A stretch of 47,098 bases of DNA, counting the filler, from Candidatus Woesearchaeota archaeon (lineage in GTDB: Archaea > Nanobdellota > Nanobdellia > Woesearchaeales > DATGWN01), in NCBI GenBank assembly GCA_047603125.1. It is 2 parts of 2 records of this genome, joined end to end, with 100 filler letters (N's around TTAATTAATTAA, not from the genome) between each part and the next. Parts side by side here need not be neighbours in the genome. Positions count along the whole stretch, not along the records: positions 1 to 23,749 come from JBLKOU010000016.1; positions 23,850 to 47,098 come from JBLKOU010000017.1. One strand, written 5' to 3'. Below the pieces are notes generated by a model that saw only the letters and a list, made by a program, of their open reading frames with translations, had not been told where the DNA came from and ran no database searches. Below, piece after piece: positions 18,795 through 29,800 of the stretch (its first letter is position 1; the number at the start of each line of letters is the position of its first letter). The translations under genes were made by a program, and so were the position numbers.

Positions 18795-19733
18795 ATGCGA
18801 TTCATAACTAAACGGATAAAAAATAAGAACTATTTTTATGCCGAACACTCTTTTAGGCTTCCAAATGGTAAAATCAAGGTTCTATCAAAACGAGTAAACT
18901 CCAAAACTGAATTGCCAAAAGATTATTTCCAAAAAAAAGAAGTTGAATCGTATCAAAAATATGCACAATCATTTTATGTTACGGATTCAATCTACACCGA
19001 GAAAAAAATAGCAGACCTTGAAGAATGTCGCGTAGGGTTTAAGTACTTAAAAAATAAGCTTACAAAAAAACAATTTGAAGATATATTACATAGATTTACC
19101 GTTAACTGTACATATGAAACAAACGCAATTGAAGGGAATTCATTAACACTCAAAGATGTCACACTGTTTTTAGGAGAAAAAATTGTGCCTAAAAATCGAA
19201 ATCTCAGAGAAATATATGAAACAAGAAACACCCATCAAGCACATACATCATTATTTGAGAGAAAATTTGCCATATGTAAAAAAGATATTCTCAAAATTCA
19301 TAGTATTATTGTTAAAGACATGGATATTCACATGGGTTTTAAACAATTACCAAACTACTTACTCATGCGATCAGTTAAAACAACCCCTCCTGAAAAAGTA
19401 GAGTCCGAAATTGATTCTTTGGTCGAATGGTATAACAAAAAAGTACACGAAAAATGGCATCCACTAAAAATTGCAACGCATTTCCATGCAAAATTTGAAA
19501 AAATTCACCCTTTCGAAGACGGGAATGGTCGCGTTGGGAGGATATTATTGAATGTCATTTTATTCCAATTTGGCTATCCTCCACTCATTATTAGAAAAAC
19601 AATGAAAGAAAAATACTTTACTTGTCTAGCTGCCGCAGATAATAATTCTTTTTCCCAATTAGAATATTTACTCATTAGTAAATTTAAAAAAACATACTCT
19701 CACTTTTTTGAGGAATATGTGAAATATGTTTAG
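18795..19733 (+). CDS. Fic family protein
   Basis: Canonical HPFEDGNGRVGR motif and TYETNAIEGNSLT. Confidence 0.95.
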   Translation: MRFITKRIKNKNYFYAEHSFRLPNGKIKVLSKRVNSKTELPKDYFQKKEVESYQKYAQSFYVTDSIYTEKKIADLEECRVGFKYLKNKLTKKQFEDILHRFTVNCTYETNAIEGNSLTLKDVTLFLGEKIVPKNRNLREIYETRNTHQAHTSLFERKFAICKKDILKIHSIIVKDMDIHMGFKQLPNYLLMRSVKTTPPEKVESEIDSLVEWYNKKVHEKWHPLKIATHFHAKFEKIHPFEDGNGRVGRILLNVILFQFGYPPLIIRKTMKEKYFTCLAAADNNSFSQLEYLLISKFKKTYSHFFEEYVKYV

Positions 19734-19750
19734 AAAATATTGAGATTATA

Positions 19751-20095
19751 TCACTTAAAACCACTCGGGCCAATTTTTCTCAGAACGCCTTTAATTTGAT
19801 TGATCGTTCTTTGTTGCTCTTTTTTATTACTCATTCGCACAAATTGGAATAATAAATCTACAATTTTCTTTTCATCAAAAGTTTGCAATGCATATCCATC
19901 AAAAATAAAATAAAATCGAAACCCTTCAAATTTTAATTCTTTAATTGAAATGGCGCCAACAACACCAAGTAATTTCCCTTTGTGTGGATCTATTTTTAAC
20001 GATTCCATTAAGTCAATTGCTTTGTGTGCTTTTTCTTTAGGGAATCGTCTAATCAATTCTTTAATCAACGATTGAGAAATTTTAATTGTAACCAT
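19751..20095 (-). CDS. putative RelE/ParE-like toxin
   Basis: Small basic protein, L..DPHKGKLL, IKELK...FRFYF; overlaps the upstream antitoxin-like gene. Confidence 0.6.
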   Translation of the reverse strand: MVTIKISQSLIKELIRRFPKEKAHKAIDLMESLKIDPHKGKLLGVVGAISIKELKFEGFRFYFIFDGYALQTFDEKKIVDLLFQFVRMSNKKEQQRTINQIKGVLRKIGPSGFK

Positions 20096-20282
20096 CGTCA
20101 ATCATTTGTCTCGCTTTTTTAATTGTAACAGAATCTTTAGAAGAATAGAGAAAATCTCGTAATTGTTCTTTTAATGCCAAATTATACATTCGTTTAATAA
20201 TGTCTTCATATGTTTCATCACGTGTTCCAAAAGTGCTGATTAATTCCTTTGTTTCTTTACTAATTTGAATTGTCGAGTTCAT
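20082..20282 (-). CDS. putative RHH-type antitoxin
   Basis: STIQISKETK.L......ETYEDII.R pattern typical of archaeal RHH antitoxins; 66 aa. Confidence 0.7.
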   Translation of the reverse strand: MNSTIQISKETKELISTFGTRDETYEDIIKRMYNLALKEQLRDFLYSSKDSVTIKKARQMIDDGYN

Positions 20283-20284
20283 AC

Positions 20285-20316
20285 TATAGCAAGTATAGCA
20301 ACTATAGTTTATAAAC
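20285..20316 (-). promoter_or_regulatory. TA promoter with 9-bp-period repeats
   Basis: TATAG(CAA) at 20285, 20294 and 20303 between the TATA palindrome GTTTATAAAC (20307-20316) and the ATG. Confidence 0.55.
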
Positions 20317-20348
20317 TTTTTGTAATAATAGTCGACGACATTAATTTC

Positions 20349-20442
20349 GCATAACTCGGCGATTTCACGACAGTTGTCAAGTTTGCAAAATCAGAGCTGC
20401 ATGAATCGCTCTGATTTTTGATTTTACGCCAAGGAGTTATGC
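20349..20442 (+). repeat. structured intergenic repeat, copy 1
   Basis: Closing stem GCATAACTC/GAGTTATGC, GGC/GCC followed by an AAG bulge, hairpin AAAATCAGAGC-TGCATGAATC-GCTCTGATTTT. Confidence 0.8.
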
Positions 20443-20558
20443 TTTTCTTTTGCCGCTAACTATAATTTTTGGCGCAATTTTTAAAATCACTTTTTTGTCT
20501 CACAACCTCTACTATCTTCCTATTTATATTTCGACAAATTTGACCGCAACATTTTTAA

Positions 20559-20572
20559 GTATCAGTTGATAC
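20559..20572. promoter_or_regulatory. palindromic operator candidate
   Basis: GTATCA-GT-TGATAC directly after TATA-like TTTTTAAG, upstream of the second TA-like pair. Confidence 0.5.
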
Positions 20573-20588
20573 CCATTTGGTTGATATT

Positions 20589-20858
20589 ATGGAAATGCAA
20601 AATAAATATTCACAACAGAGAAGTCCAACACTCAACACTGTTATGATGGTAGAAGAAACTCTTGAAAACCAAGAAGAAATTATTTCCATAAGTCAATTGA
20701 AGAGAATTCTTCCAAAACAGATTATGCATCAGACATTAATGGCTGTATTGAATTATTTGGAATACAGTGGCAAGATAACTATTTCAAATCGTAAAGTTTT
20801 ATGGACTTTCAAACCAGTCAGCAAATTAAAGCAGATGAAAGGCTTAACATTAAAATGA
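20589..20858 (+). CDS. winged-helix protein, putative antitoxin
   Basis: SPTLNTVMMVEE...LKRILPKQIM.QTL..VLNYLEYSGKI pattern; ATGA overlap with the next gene. Confidence 0.7.
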   Translation: MEMQNKYSQQRSPTLNTVMMVEETLENQEEIISISQLKRILPKQIMHQTLMAVLNYLEYSGKITISNRKVLWTFKPVSKLKQMKGLTLK

Positions 20859-21247
20859 AAGTCTTCAAAGGAAAAATTAGAAAAAAAGTTTCGATTAGAT
20901 TAGTAGGAGATGCCGAATTATCTTTTGAAACTCTCAATAAAAAAGTTGGAGAGCAAAAACAAAAAGGAGTCCAGAGTTCTAAAGAAATCACATTACTTAA
21001 CGCCATTGAGAGAATGGTCGATATTTTGGTTGAGAACCCATTTTATGGAGAAAACGCAAAGAAATCTATGATTCCTAAATACTATATTGAAACGTATGAT
21101 GTTTCGAATATTTTCATAGCCGATTTGCCAGACTATTGGCGACTTGTTTATACGTTAGAAAGTGATGAAATTGAGATTATTGCCTTTATTTTAGACATTT
21201 TTGATCATGAGAAATACAATAAAAAATTTGGATTCAAGAAAAAGTAG
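20855..21247 (+). CDS. putative RelE-like toxin
   Basis: L.ENPFYG....K..IPKYY, DLPDYWRLVYTL, ILDIFDHEKYNKKFG. Confidence 0.65.
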   Translation: MKVFKGKIRKKVSIRLVGDAELSFETLNKKVGEQKQKGVQSSKEITLLNAIERMVDILVENPFYGENAKKSMIPKYYIETYDVSNIFIADLPDYWRLVYTLESDEIEIIAFILDIFDHEKYNKKFGFKKK

Positions 21248-21317
21248 TAAGCACTTCAACATACATCAGTCTTAAGTCCAAAAAACTTTTAAGAAAAAAC
21301 TACTTATAACAAAAACT

Positions 21318-22085
21318 GTGATTCCAATTTTGCTAAATCAGGTTTGTGAAATTTATCAACATTTACCAAATTTCCCTATGGATGCATCTAACTTGGAAAT
21401 CGCTCAATCTAAAAAACATTTAGAGTATTACAGTACGAATCCATTTGCCTCACAATTTCCATTTATTAGCTGGCCTATTGATGGAGTGATAATCGAAGTT
21501 TTATTTAGAGATAATCAACGAGCATTAGGACTGTATTCTGGATTTAAAAGTTCTATAGATCAAAAAAGTCTTTTTGAAATAAACATAAAAACGTCTAACA
21601 GATTTGCCGATAGTTACCATGCCACATACAATTTAGATAGATATAACTTGCTTGCAAGAGATATTCAATTCATAGATGTTTTCGTACCTACAAGAAGCTT
21701 TTCAAACATTACTGAATTTTCTGGACTGATGAAGTATTTATCTTCTGAAAGTAATCAACCATTACCCGTTGTAATTGCAGAGAATCACCCGGATTATAAT
21801 CCTGTTTTTTCTAATGTTGGTTATTTGTTAGATATGGATGAAAAACAAATTAAAATCTCACACACTGTAAATAAAGACGGCTCAACAGATGTTTGGCATC
21901 GACCAAATATTCAAGGAATAAATGGAATTTATGAATTCTTTGCCAGTCGTTTTGGAGGAACTAGGGTAAAAAATTGGTACGAAGAATGGCACAGAGACTG
22001 GATACCAACAGAACATTTTGATTCGCTTCATTTATTAAAACGCGTAAATTCAATCCCAAATCCTTTGTTTGACCCTTCTAGGTGA
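21318..22085 (+). CDS. hypothetical protein (255 aa)
   Basis: Long ORF in AT-rich DNA, GTG start with a TATA-like box upstream. Confidence 0.65.
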   Translation: MIPILLNQVCEIYQHLPNFPMDASNLEIAQSKKHLEYYSTNPFASQFPFISWPIDGVIIEVLFRDNQRALGLYSGFKSSIDQKSLFEINIKTSNRFADSYHATYNLDRYNLLARDIQFIDVFVPTRSFSNITEFSGLMKYLSSESNQPLPVVIAENHPDYNPVFSNVGYLLDMDEKQIKISHTVNKDGSTDVWHRPNIQGINGIYEFFASRFGGTRVKNWYEEWHRDWIPTEHFDSLHLLKRVNSIPNPLFDPSR

Positions 22086-22197
22086 GAAAAACACACATTA
22101 TTAAATTTCAAACAATTCTTAAATAAGGTTCAAGTAATGATAATGAATACAAATTTATTCTGACGGATTAGTTTCCAATTTAGAAAATATTTAAATG

Positions 22198-22653
22198 TCA
22201 CTTTGTTGCTTTAAGCAAGTCATCAAAATTAAAAGAATAATTTCCTCCTTTTAAGTAATTTTCTAATCGTATAACAAGTCTTTGTTTATCATTCGTATGT
22301 TTGTATATTTCAGCAGCGACTCTTCCAAGTACATGTATGGGGTAACTACAAGAATCATCATCAATACACTCTGACGCAACAGATGAAACTAACAGACGTG
22401 GTGAACTGAATGCTTGAAACAATTCGGAAGAACTACCTAAGTCATAATTAACGCTTTTTGAAACTTTCTCCCAAAATAAAACTAAAGACGGGTGGGGGCT
22501 ATCTATTGAAATATGCGGATGGAATCCTTTTCTATGTAGTGGCACTATATATTCACAAAATGTATCGCACAGAGTATATTGAGCACTTTTTTTCAGCTCC
22601 CTTTGATCGCAAGCAATTCGCATTCCAATTTCAAGCAGTTTTTCTATTGCCAC
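22198..22653 (-). CDS. hypothetical protein (151 aa)
   Basis: ORF with a TATA-like box about 25 nt upstream. Confidence 0.6.
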   Translation of the reverse strand: MAIEKLLEIGMRIACDQRELKKSAQYTLCDTFCEYIVPLHRKGFHPHISIDSPHPSLVLFWEKVSKSVNYDLGSSSELFQAFSSPRLLVSSVASECIDDDSCSYPIHVLGRVAAEIYKHTNDKQRLVIRLENYLKGGNYSFNFDDLLKATK

Positions 22654-22886
22654 AGAATGGGGAAATGCTTCCTATTTAAAAGAATATTCACGGGAATTTT
22701 TTGCCAATAAAGTGCTTATTTACTAGGTTGCAAAAAAAGAAAAATAAAACTTCCGCCAGAAAATGAATATTTTTAAAGAAAATATCAAATAGAACAGATA
22801 TACGGATGAGAGAAAGGGATGTTTGGTCACAATATTTTTTAAAGGAATATCGTGCAAGTTTAATACCTGCTAAGAGCCAAGAATAA

Positions 22887-23069
22887 CAAAAGTTCGCTGC
22901 TCGAAGCTAATTGAAAAACACAAGTTTTTCAAACCCAGAAAACTAGGACGTTTTCTAGGTATCTCCGCCCTAAAGGGACGGGGTATTACGCTTCTCACCT
23001 AATCGCGAACTTTTGAATTGAGAGTTTGCGGACTAAAGTCCGGGGTATTATACCCGCGAAACTCTCAAT
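22887..23069. repeat. two tandem palindromic elements with IS200/IS605-like hairpins
   Basis: 11-bp closing inverted repeats (22887-22897/23005-23015 and 23017-23027/23059-23069); both contain stem-TAAA-stem followed by CGGGGTATTA. Confidence 0.6.
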
Positions 23070-23595
23070 AGTTATTATTTATCCTAATTTGTGCAATATT
23101 ACTGGATTGAGGAAGTAAAAAACTATCTAAAAAATGGACAGTAATACATTTTAGAACCAATTATAACAATATACGAGCTTATAGCTTGTCAGCACTTAAT
23201 TGACTTTATTCGAAATGCGATTTTGGAGAAGTTTGAGAACGACTCTCAAGGAATTTTCATGAGTTCCAGAAACACATACGACCCACAAAAATGTTGGTAA
23301 AGAAAGTAACGCTCCCGCCGACCAAAAACATGACTAGGAGCATAGTTGATAATCGTCTTTTCAAAACAAAAAGAAGTGTTACTAATTAAATGAACTGCTT
23401 GATAATTTGCGCCATTCAAAGGATTTGAGACCAAAACCGTCACTAAGGGCGGGTGAGGTTAAAGCTCAGTCCATTAACACGAATTTGGGCGATTGGGTAA
23501 AAACCACAGAAAAGCATCATTTAGGGAGGAGCGTTAAACAGGAGGGGGACAAAAAAGTAGAAACATTTTTAATAGTGGGTTTTAATACTTAATAT

Positions 23596-23749
23596 ATGGG
23601 GGCGATATTCTTAGATTTTGACGGAGTTGTTTGTAATAGTGAACTATACTTCCACAAATATGAGTGGGCTCTTTTCAAGAAACTTATTCCAGAACTGGAT
23701 AGTGGTTTAAACACACAGTTTATTGGTCGAAATCTCTCATTCATATATA
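23596..23749 (+). CDS. HAD-IA family phosphatase, truncated at the contig end
   Basis: AIFLDFDGVVCNSE motif I; runs into the N gap. Confidence 0.8.
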
Positions 23750-23849
23750 NNNNNNNNNNNNNNNNNNNNNNNNNNNNNNNNNNNNNNNNNNNNTTAATTA
23801 ATTAANNNNNNNNNNNNNNNNNNNNNNNNNNNNNNNNNNNNNNNNNNNN
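23750..23849. other. artificial contig spacer
   Basis: 44 N, TTAATTAATTAA (stops in all six frames, 23794-23805), 44 N. Confidence 0.95.
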
Positions 23850-26800
23850 TGGGATGTTTCAAAGGTTATATTTATGCACGAAATGTTTCGTGGAGCTATT
23901 TCCTTTAATCAAGATATTAGTAGTTGGAATACTTCAAGTGTTACGAGAATGAATCAGATGTTTCAGGGAGCATCTTCTTTTAATCAAGATATTGGCGGTT
24001 GGAATGTTTCATCTGTGACAGATATGGCTTGGATTTTTTCAAGTGCACACTCGTTTAATCAAGATTTATCGTCTTGGGATGTATCAGGTGCAACTAATGA
24101 TTTTGAATATGGATTACGAGATATGTTTACAAATTCAAATCTTTCAAATGAAAACTATGATAAAGTATTAGTTGCTTGGTCAAATTTACCTTTACAGCAA
24201 AATATTACTTTTGGAGTGGGTTCAACACAATACTCAGAAGGCATCCCTGCACAAGCAAGACAAAGAATTATAGACAATTTCGGATGGACAATCGTAGACG
24301 GAGGATCCACAGGATTCCCATTCATAGGAGAAATTGATGCCCCATTACATTATTGTACAAACATAATATTCCCTGGAACATATACGCTCCAAAGAGATTT
24401 GTCATCCACACAAAATTGTATAGAAATACAATCTGACAATGTAACCATAAATGGAAATGGTTTTAGAATAAATGCAACAACAAATCCAATCGTATTTTCA
24501 AATGTGACAAATATAACTATACAAAATGCAATAATAACGTCACATGATTATGCATTTGCATATAATTACACAAATACAAATATCACACTTACAAACACAA
24601 CAATAGATACAATTAATTTCATAGACTATAATTCACAAGCAAATCTTCAATTTGATATCAGAGATTCACTAGTCTTAACACCGAATTTAACTGTTTCACA
24701 TAATGAAAGAGTTAATTTCTTCAACACAACATATATTGGTGACATTACACCAACTTCAACTGGCTTTATTGATGTCTATAATTATCGAACTATTAACTTC
24801 ACAGACATTTTAGATAGAGACATAGATGGATTGAATATAGACATATTCTCAGCAAATAATTCGTTATTTAGTTCACGAATAATTCAGAATAGTCAAATTT
24901 CAGATTATTTCTTAGAATATCAATTAACGCCCGAAGGTAAATTTTTCACACCCTATATACGAGATGCAGAATTAATCAATATTGATATAAACCCTATTCT
25001 TTTACAAAATATGACTGATGAATCTTTTTATAGCAGTCTGAGAGCACATTTCACTTTTGATCTAGATAATAAAACTCATATGAAAGATTCAAGCAACAAT
25101 AAAATTCATTTTATTTACCAGGGCATTCCTCATTATGAAGATTATTTGTTTGGACGTTCATTAGACATAGGTAATTTTAGTTTTTTTAATAGTCCTAGCC
25201 AGGGAATCATTAGTGTTTTTTCATATAATGATTTGAACCTATCAGATGATTTTACGTTTAGCCTCTGGACTAAGTATACTAATTCTAATTCTCGAGGGAT
25301 TTTCAATCAGATATCTTCAAGTGACTCACAAAGAGGCTTTAGTTTGAGTTGGACTCTCGGTCCTCGATTACGCATTTCAGATTCCAATTCTGATTTTGTA
25401 GCACAAACTGATTCTCTGTCTCCAGATGAGTGGTATCATGTTGTTTTTCAATATAATTCAACTCATTTTAATATATATCTAAACAGTGTTTTAGTCGATT
25501 CTGTTTTTCTAAATGGTGTTAAGATAAATTCTACTGAGAATATTTCTTTTAGAAATGCACATAGTGCAGTTAAATCTCTGCTAGATGAGATTATGATATT
25601 TAACACGAGTTTAACACCTTCACAAATTTTAGAAATATATGCTAATCAATCAACACGATTTTTGGAAAAAAGTAACACCTTAGTCTTACCTGAAACTATT
25701 GTTGAATCAGGTTTTGATACAGTCGAATTACAATTACAAGGATTATTAAATAAAACAACGATGAGAGCCCAGATTGAGGTTTTAGATGAAGGAATTTGGA
25801 TGAGAAAACCTTTTCAAACTATGATATATAATGGGACACATCATTCTGCTACATTTACTATTTCTCCTAATGTCACTATGATAAAACCTATATTGGAGAC
25901 GCAAAGTTTAGATTCTTTTATTCCTCAAATAATAAATAGTGCAATATTACGAATGTCAATTTCGCAGAAAATAAATGAATATCGTGTCCGTATTGATGAG
26001 AATAATTTTTACCTTGGTGAGATAGTAAATATCTCGCAAAGTAATTTGCTCCAAATCACCCTCCCACAAGACACAGTACACATCAACGTTACAAACGACT
26101 TTATCCAAAGATACTCAAGACTTTTAGGAACAGAGCATCAAAAAAACATCACCATAACAACAACAAACTCTCCAATTACTGATCTACATATAAGCTTCAA
26201 CCAAACAAGTATTGGACAGCAAAAATACGGCTACACCACATACACAACTAATTGTGAAACAATACAACCAAACCAAGAATGCACTATCACATTCAACCTC
26301 ACAGTCAACCCAGACCTACCCACATCCTACGCCGCAGAACACATAGCAACAATCACATACAGAACATACAATGGCACATACATACAAGAACACATCCCAT
26401 TCTCATCCATATTAGAAACATTCATCGAACTAGAATTCACACCAGACAACCTCATATTCAACCAAACAAACATCCAAAACACACAAATAATCGACATCGA
26501 CTTTACAAACATCGGTTCAAACCCAACCGGACCCATTGCACTCAGTGCAACACACCCATTCATAGACTTTTTATACGAAGAAGTGCCTGAGAGCAACATC
26601 CCATCCTTAGGACCAGCAGCAACAAATAAAATCCAAGCACGACTCCAACTCACCAACCTCACACACCAAACATACCAAGGATACATCACATTCACATTCA
26701 ATGGCATGCAACAAATACCATATACAGTAAACGTCATCCAAAACACTACGTATTCTCAAACACAGTTCATACAACAACATAATACGTCAGTTGAGTATCC

Positions 26801-29800
26801 AATTTACATTAACAACACAGGAAATGTCCAGCTTGTTAATATACTACAAACATATCAAAATTATACATTACCACAGAGTTGGATTTCCTTTGAGCCTATT
26901 GTTGGAACAATAGATAGTGAAGAGTCAGTTATTTCACCAATGACAATAACAGTCCCCGAATATACACCTCCAGGGGAGTATGAAGGAGTGGTACAATTTG
27001 AAGGACAATGGGGCTTTGTGCAAAATCATAGTATTCGTGTAATTGTTCCAACAAATAGAACATGGAGCATTACACCAACACGCCACAACTACGAAATGCT
27101 CATCACAGAAGCACCACAAGAATATAAACTACCAAGTTTTAATATCACAAACGCAGGAAATGTCCCAATCAATTACACAGTCGCGTTCACATACGGTGGA
27201 GATTCATTCAATCTTTTCCCTTCAGCAAGACATGATTCGGGAATTATCTCTTACTTGCAACCAACAACACAATTCACAGTCTACCCTGGACAAACATACA
27301 TATACAACACAAGCGTTCAATCATACGACGATGCAGCAGACGCACCACCAAACATGCGACTTGCCATGAACTTCACAATACAAAACCAAACCGACACAAA
27401 CCAAGCAAGTCAACTTGTTGACTATATCATAAATGTAGTCGATTTAGACCCATTCGTTGATTCTTGGCGATATGAGAACAACCTTCTTTTAGAACCAAAC
27501 GCACCCATTGAAATATATAAACCATTTACCATTCAAGCACGAATCTTTGATGATGGGGGAAATATCAACCTCTCCACCGCACGATTCACCATTGATGACG
27601 GAATCACAAACACAACATATGAACCAACATTTGTCAATGATGCAACAGCAACACTCCACCGATACTACCTCACATTCACCCCACAAACAGACAACCCCCA
27701 CACAATTTGGGTCTATGTTGAAGAAAATAACAACCCACAAAAGGCAGCAAACGAGTCTATACAACTACAAATAATGACACGACCGCAGATTGCATTTTTA
27801 GATACAAGTGCCATACAAAACCGACTAGCAACAAATAAATCAAATCAAACACATAATGTCACACTAGAAGTACCCTTCACCATAACAAGCCAAGGCGGAC
27901 AGAATGCGCAAGGACAATTCTTCACAAATGCGGATGTACTAGTATATAATATCACATACTCTGCAACAGTCCCAGACGGTTGGCAATCACAAATACAATT
28001 TAGCGAAATCTTAAGCCAAGCAAATGAGGCAATCCCAAGAACACTCAATATCACAATCCCCAAAGGAACACCCGTAGACAACTACACTGTCACACTCCAA
28101 GCACAGTTCACAAACCCAGATAGAACACAGACAACAATCACGAGACCAATAACCGTGAAAGTATTACCAAATTATGACTATGAAATATTTGTGACAAATA
28201 ATACAATCACACAAGAACACGGAACACAAAAGATTACAACTATTTTTATACAGCCACGAGGAAATGCGCACACAACAGTCACACTCCAAACACAAAATGC
28301 TCAATATACGACGCAGTTTTTAGATACAACCTACAAAACTGTTGGAGGGCCATATACACTAGAATATAATCGTTTATCACCACTCACTATTTCAATGCGA
28401 ACAAGTGTACCACAGCATGCAAATGAGTCGGGTTCTTTTGACGTTCACGCACAAAATGCACAAGGACAACAACGTTCAATTCCTTTACAACTAACTATAC
28501 CTGAAGATGATACCATTAGCGTGTCAACAAATCAAATAGGAGAAAATGTCATTGCAGGAGACACATATGATATATCATTTATCAACTTTACAAACCTGGG
28601 AAATATTCCAGTACAATTAAACTTCTCTTTAGATGGAGAAATAGTAAATATTGCAGACCCACTCTTTGGTGGGTCAGGTATCACTATACCAGAGAGTGTA
28701 ACACTTATCCCTTCTCAAACATACCCGCTCCCTTTTATCTTCACTGTTCCAAGTACTGAAACAACGATTAGGGGTAATCTTACTTATACACAGAATCAAA
28801 ATGAGACTCTTATCCCTGTTGAATTGAATACGTATTCTTTTTCACTCTCCCTCTCAAATAGAACATCAAAAACAAACTTGTTAGCACAAGACCCCTTCAC
28901 TTATAGAGTATTATTAACGGATGCACTTGGAGAGGCCATTGAGCAAAATATTACTTTTTCAGCCAGAGTAGGGGAACAAAACTGCCCACTCTTAGAAGTG
29001 AACCAAGTGATGGTGGATGATTTAGTGTACCATGACGTTACATGCCAACTCCCCTCACGACCTGATGGTTTAACACATCCTATGTCAATTACTGTTACAT
29101 ATAATAGTCCGATAATAGGCTTAACATCGTTTGTAAGAAATAATATTTTCTCAGTACACTATAAAGATATAACCCCTCCAGAAGTATTAACATTTACAAT
29201 GAACGACACACAAGCAAATCAACCGATTCGCTTTAGTTCAGCAATCACTGACAATGTATATGATTTAGTACCAGTTAAAAACGATTACACAGTACGATTA
29301 CGTGCAACACACACACAAACGCAAACTCAAACTGTTATTCCATTTTCATATAATGTATTGTCCCAAAATTTCCAAGCAACACATACTTTTGCACTTCCAG
29401 GTTTGTACTCTTATATAATTGAAGCAATTGATCCAGCAGGAAATATGAATAATTCGTATCAAGGAACATTTGTTTTGTTTGAAGAGCGCTTATTTACAGG
29501 TAATTTTTCATTCACAAATGAATTTGGAATAGCGCAAATTGTAAATCCACGCTTAGAATTTACAGATTCATCTCAAACTATTTCAATTCAGCCAGTTAAT
29601 GGGCTGTATTCTAGTGTAATTAGAACAGGTATTTTTAATGTGAGTATAATTCACCAAAATAAAAGGTTAACAATTGCTTCAAGTGATCTTTTACAGTATC
29701 CACAAGAGCATCCTATTTCTTATATGCCGCTAGAAAAAGATCGTTATGCAATTTATCCTTTAACAGCATATTCTCAAATGAGTACTGATAAAATATATGA

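Noticed and set aside
20349..20442. Integron attC site or dif-like site (GCATAAC...GTTATGC) between TA modules
   Set aside because: No paired L boxes, the other three family copies lack AAC/GTT ends, and no integron integrase or cassette array is visible
23080..23592. Short ORFs 23246-23443 and 23407-23592, and a possible tnpB remnant near CACTAAGGGCGGGTGAGG
   Set aside because: No RuvC or zinc-finger motifs in the frames I translated; may be decayed coding sequence but cannot be assigned
17230..23749. Distal att site or int(N) closing the tRNA-iMet island, or a duplicate of the tRNA-Ser 3' end
   Set aside because: No copy of either tRNA 3' sequence found by eye, so the island boundary remains approximate
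23750..23849. Palindromic TTAATTAATTAA within Ns, and apparent adjacency of the HAD gene and TA region to the giant gene
   Set aside because: Symmetric 100-bp artificial contig linker; the two sides cannot be assumed to be neighbours, and both flanking genes are truncated by it
23874..23876. ATG 23874 as the true start of the giant protein
   Set aside because: It lies inside a DUF285 repeat, the frame is open to the contig edge, and there is no signal peptide
26279..28081. His/Gln-rich and Val/Cys-rich alternative-frame ORFs inside the giant gene
   Set aside because: By-products of the A/C-skewed codon usage, which removes stop codons from other frames
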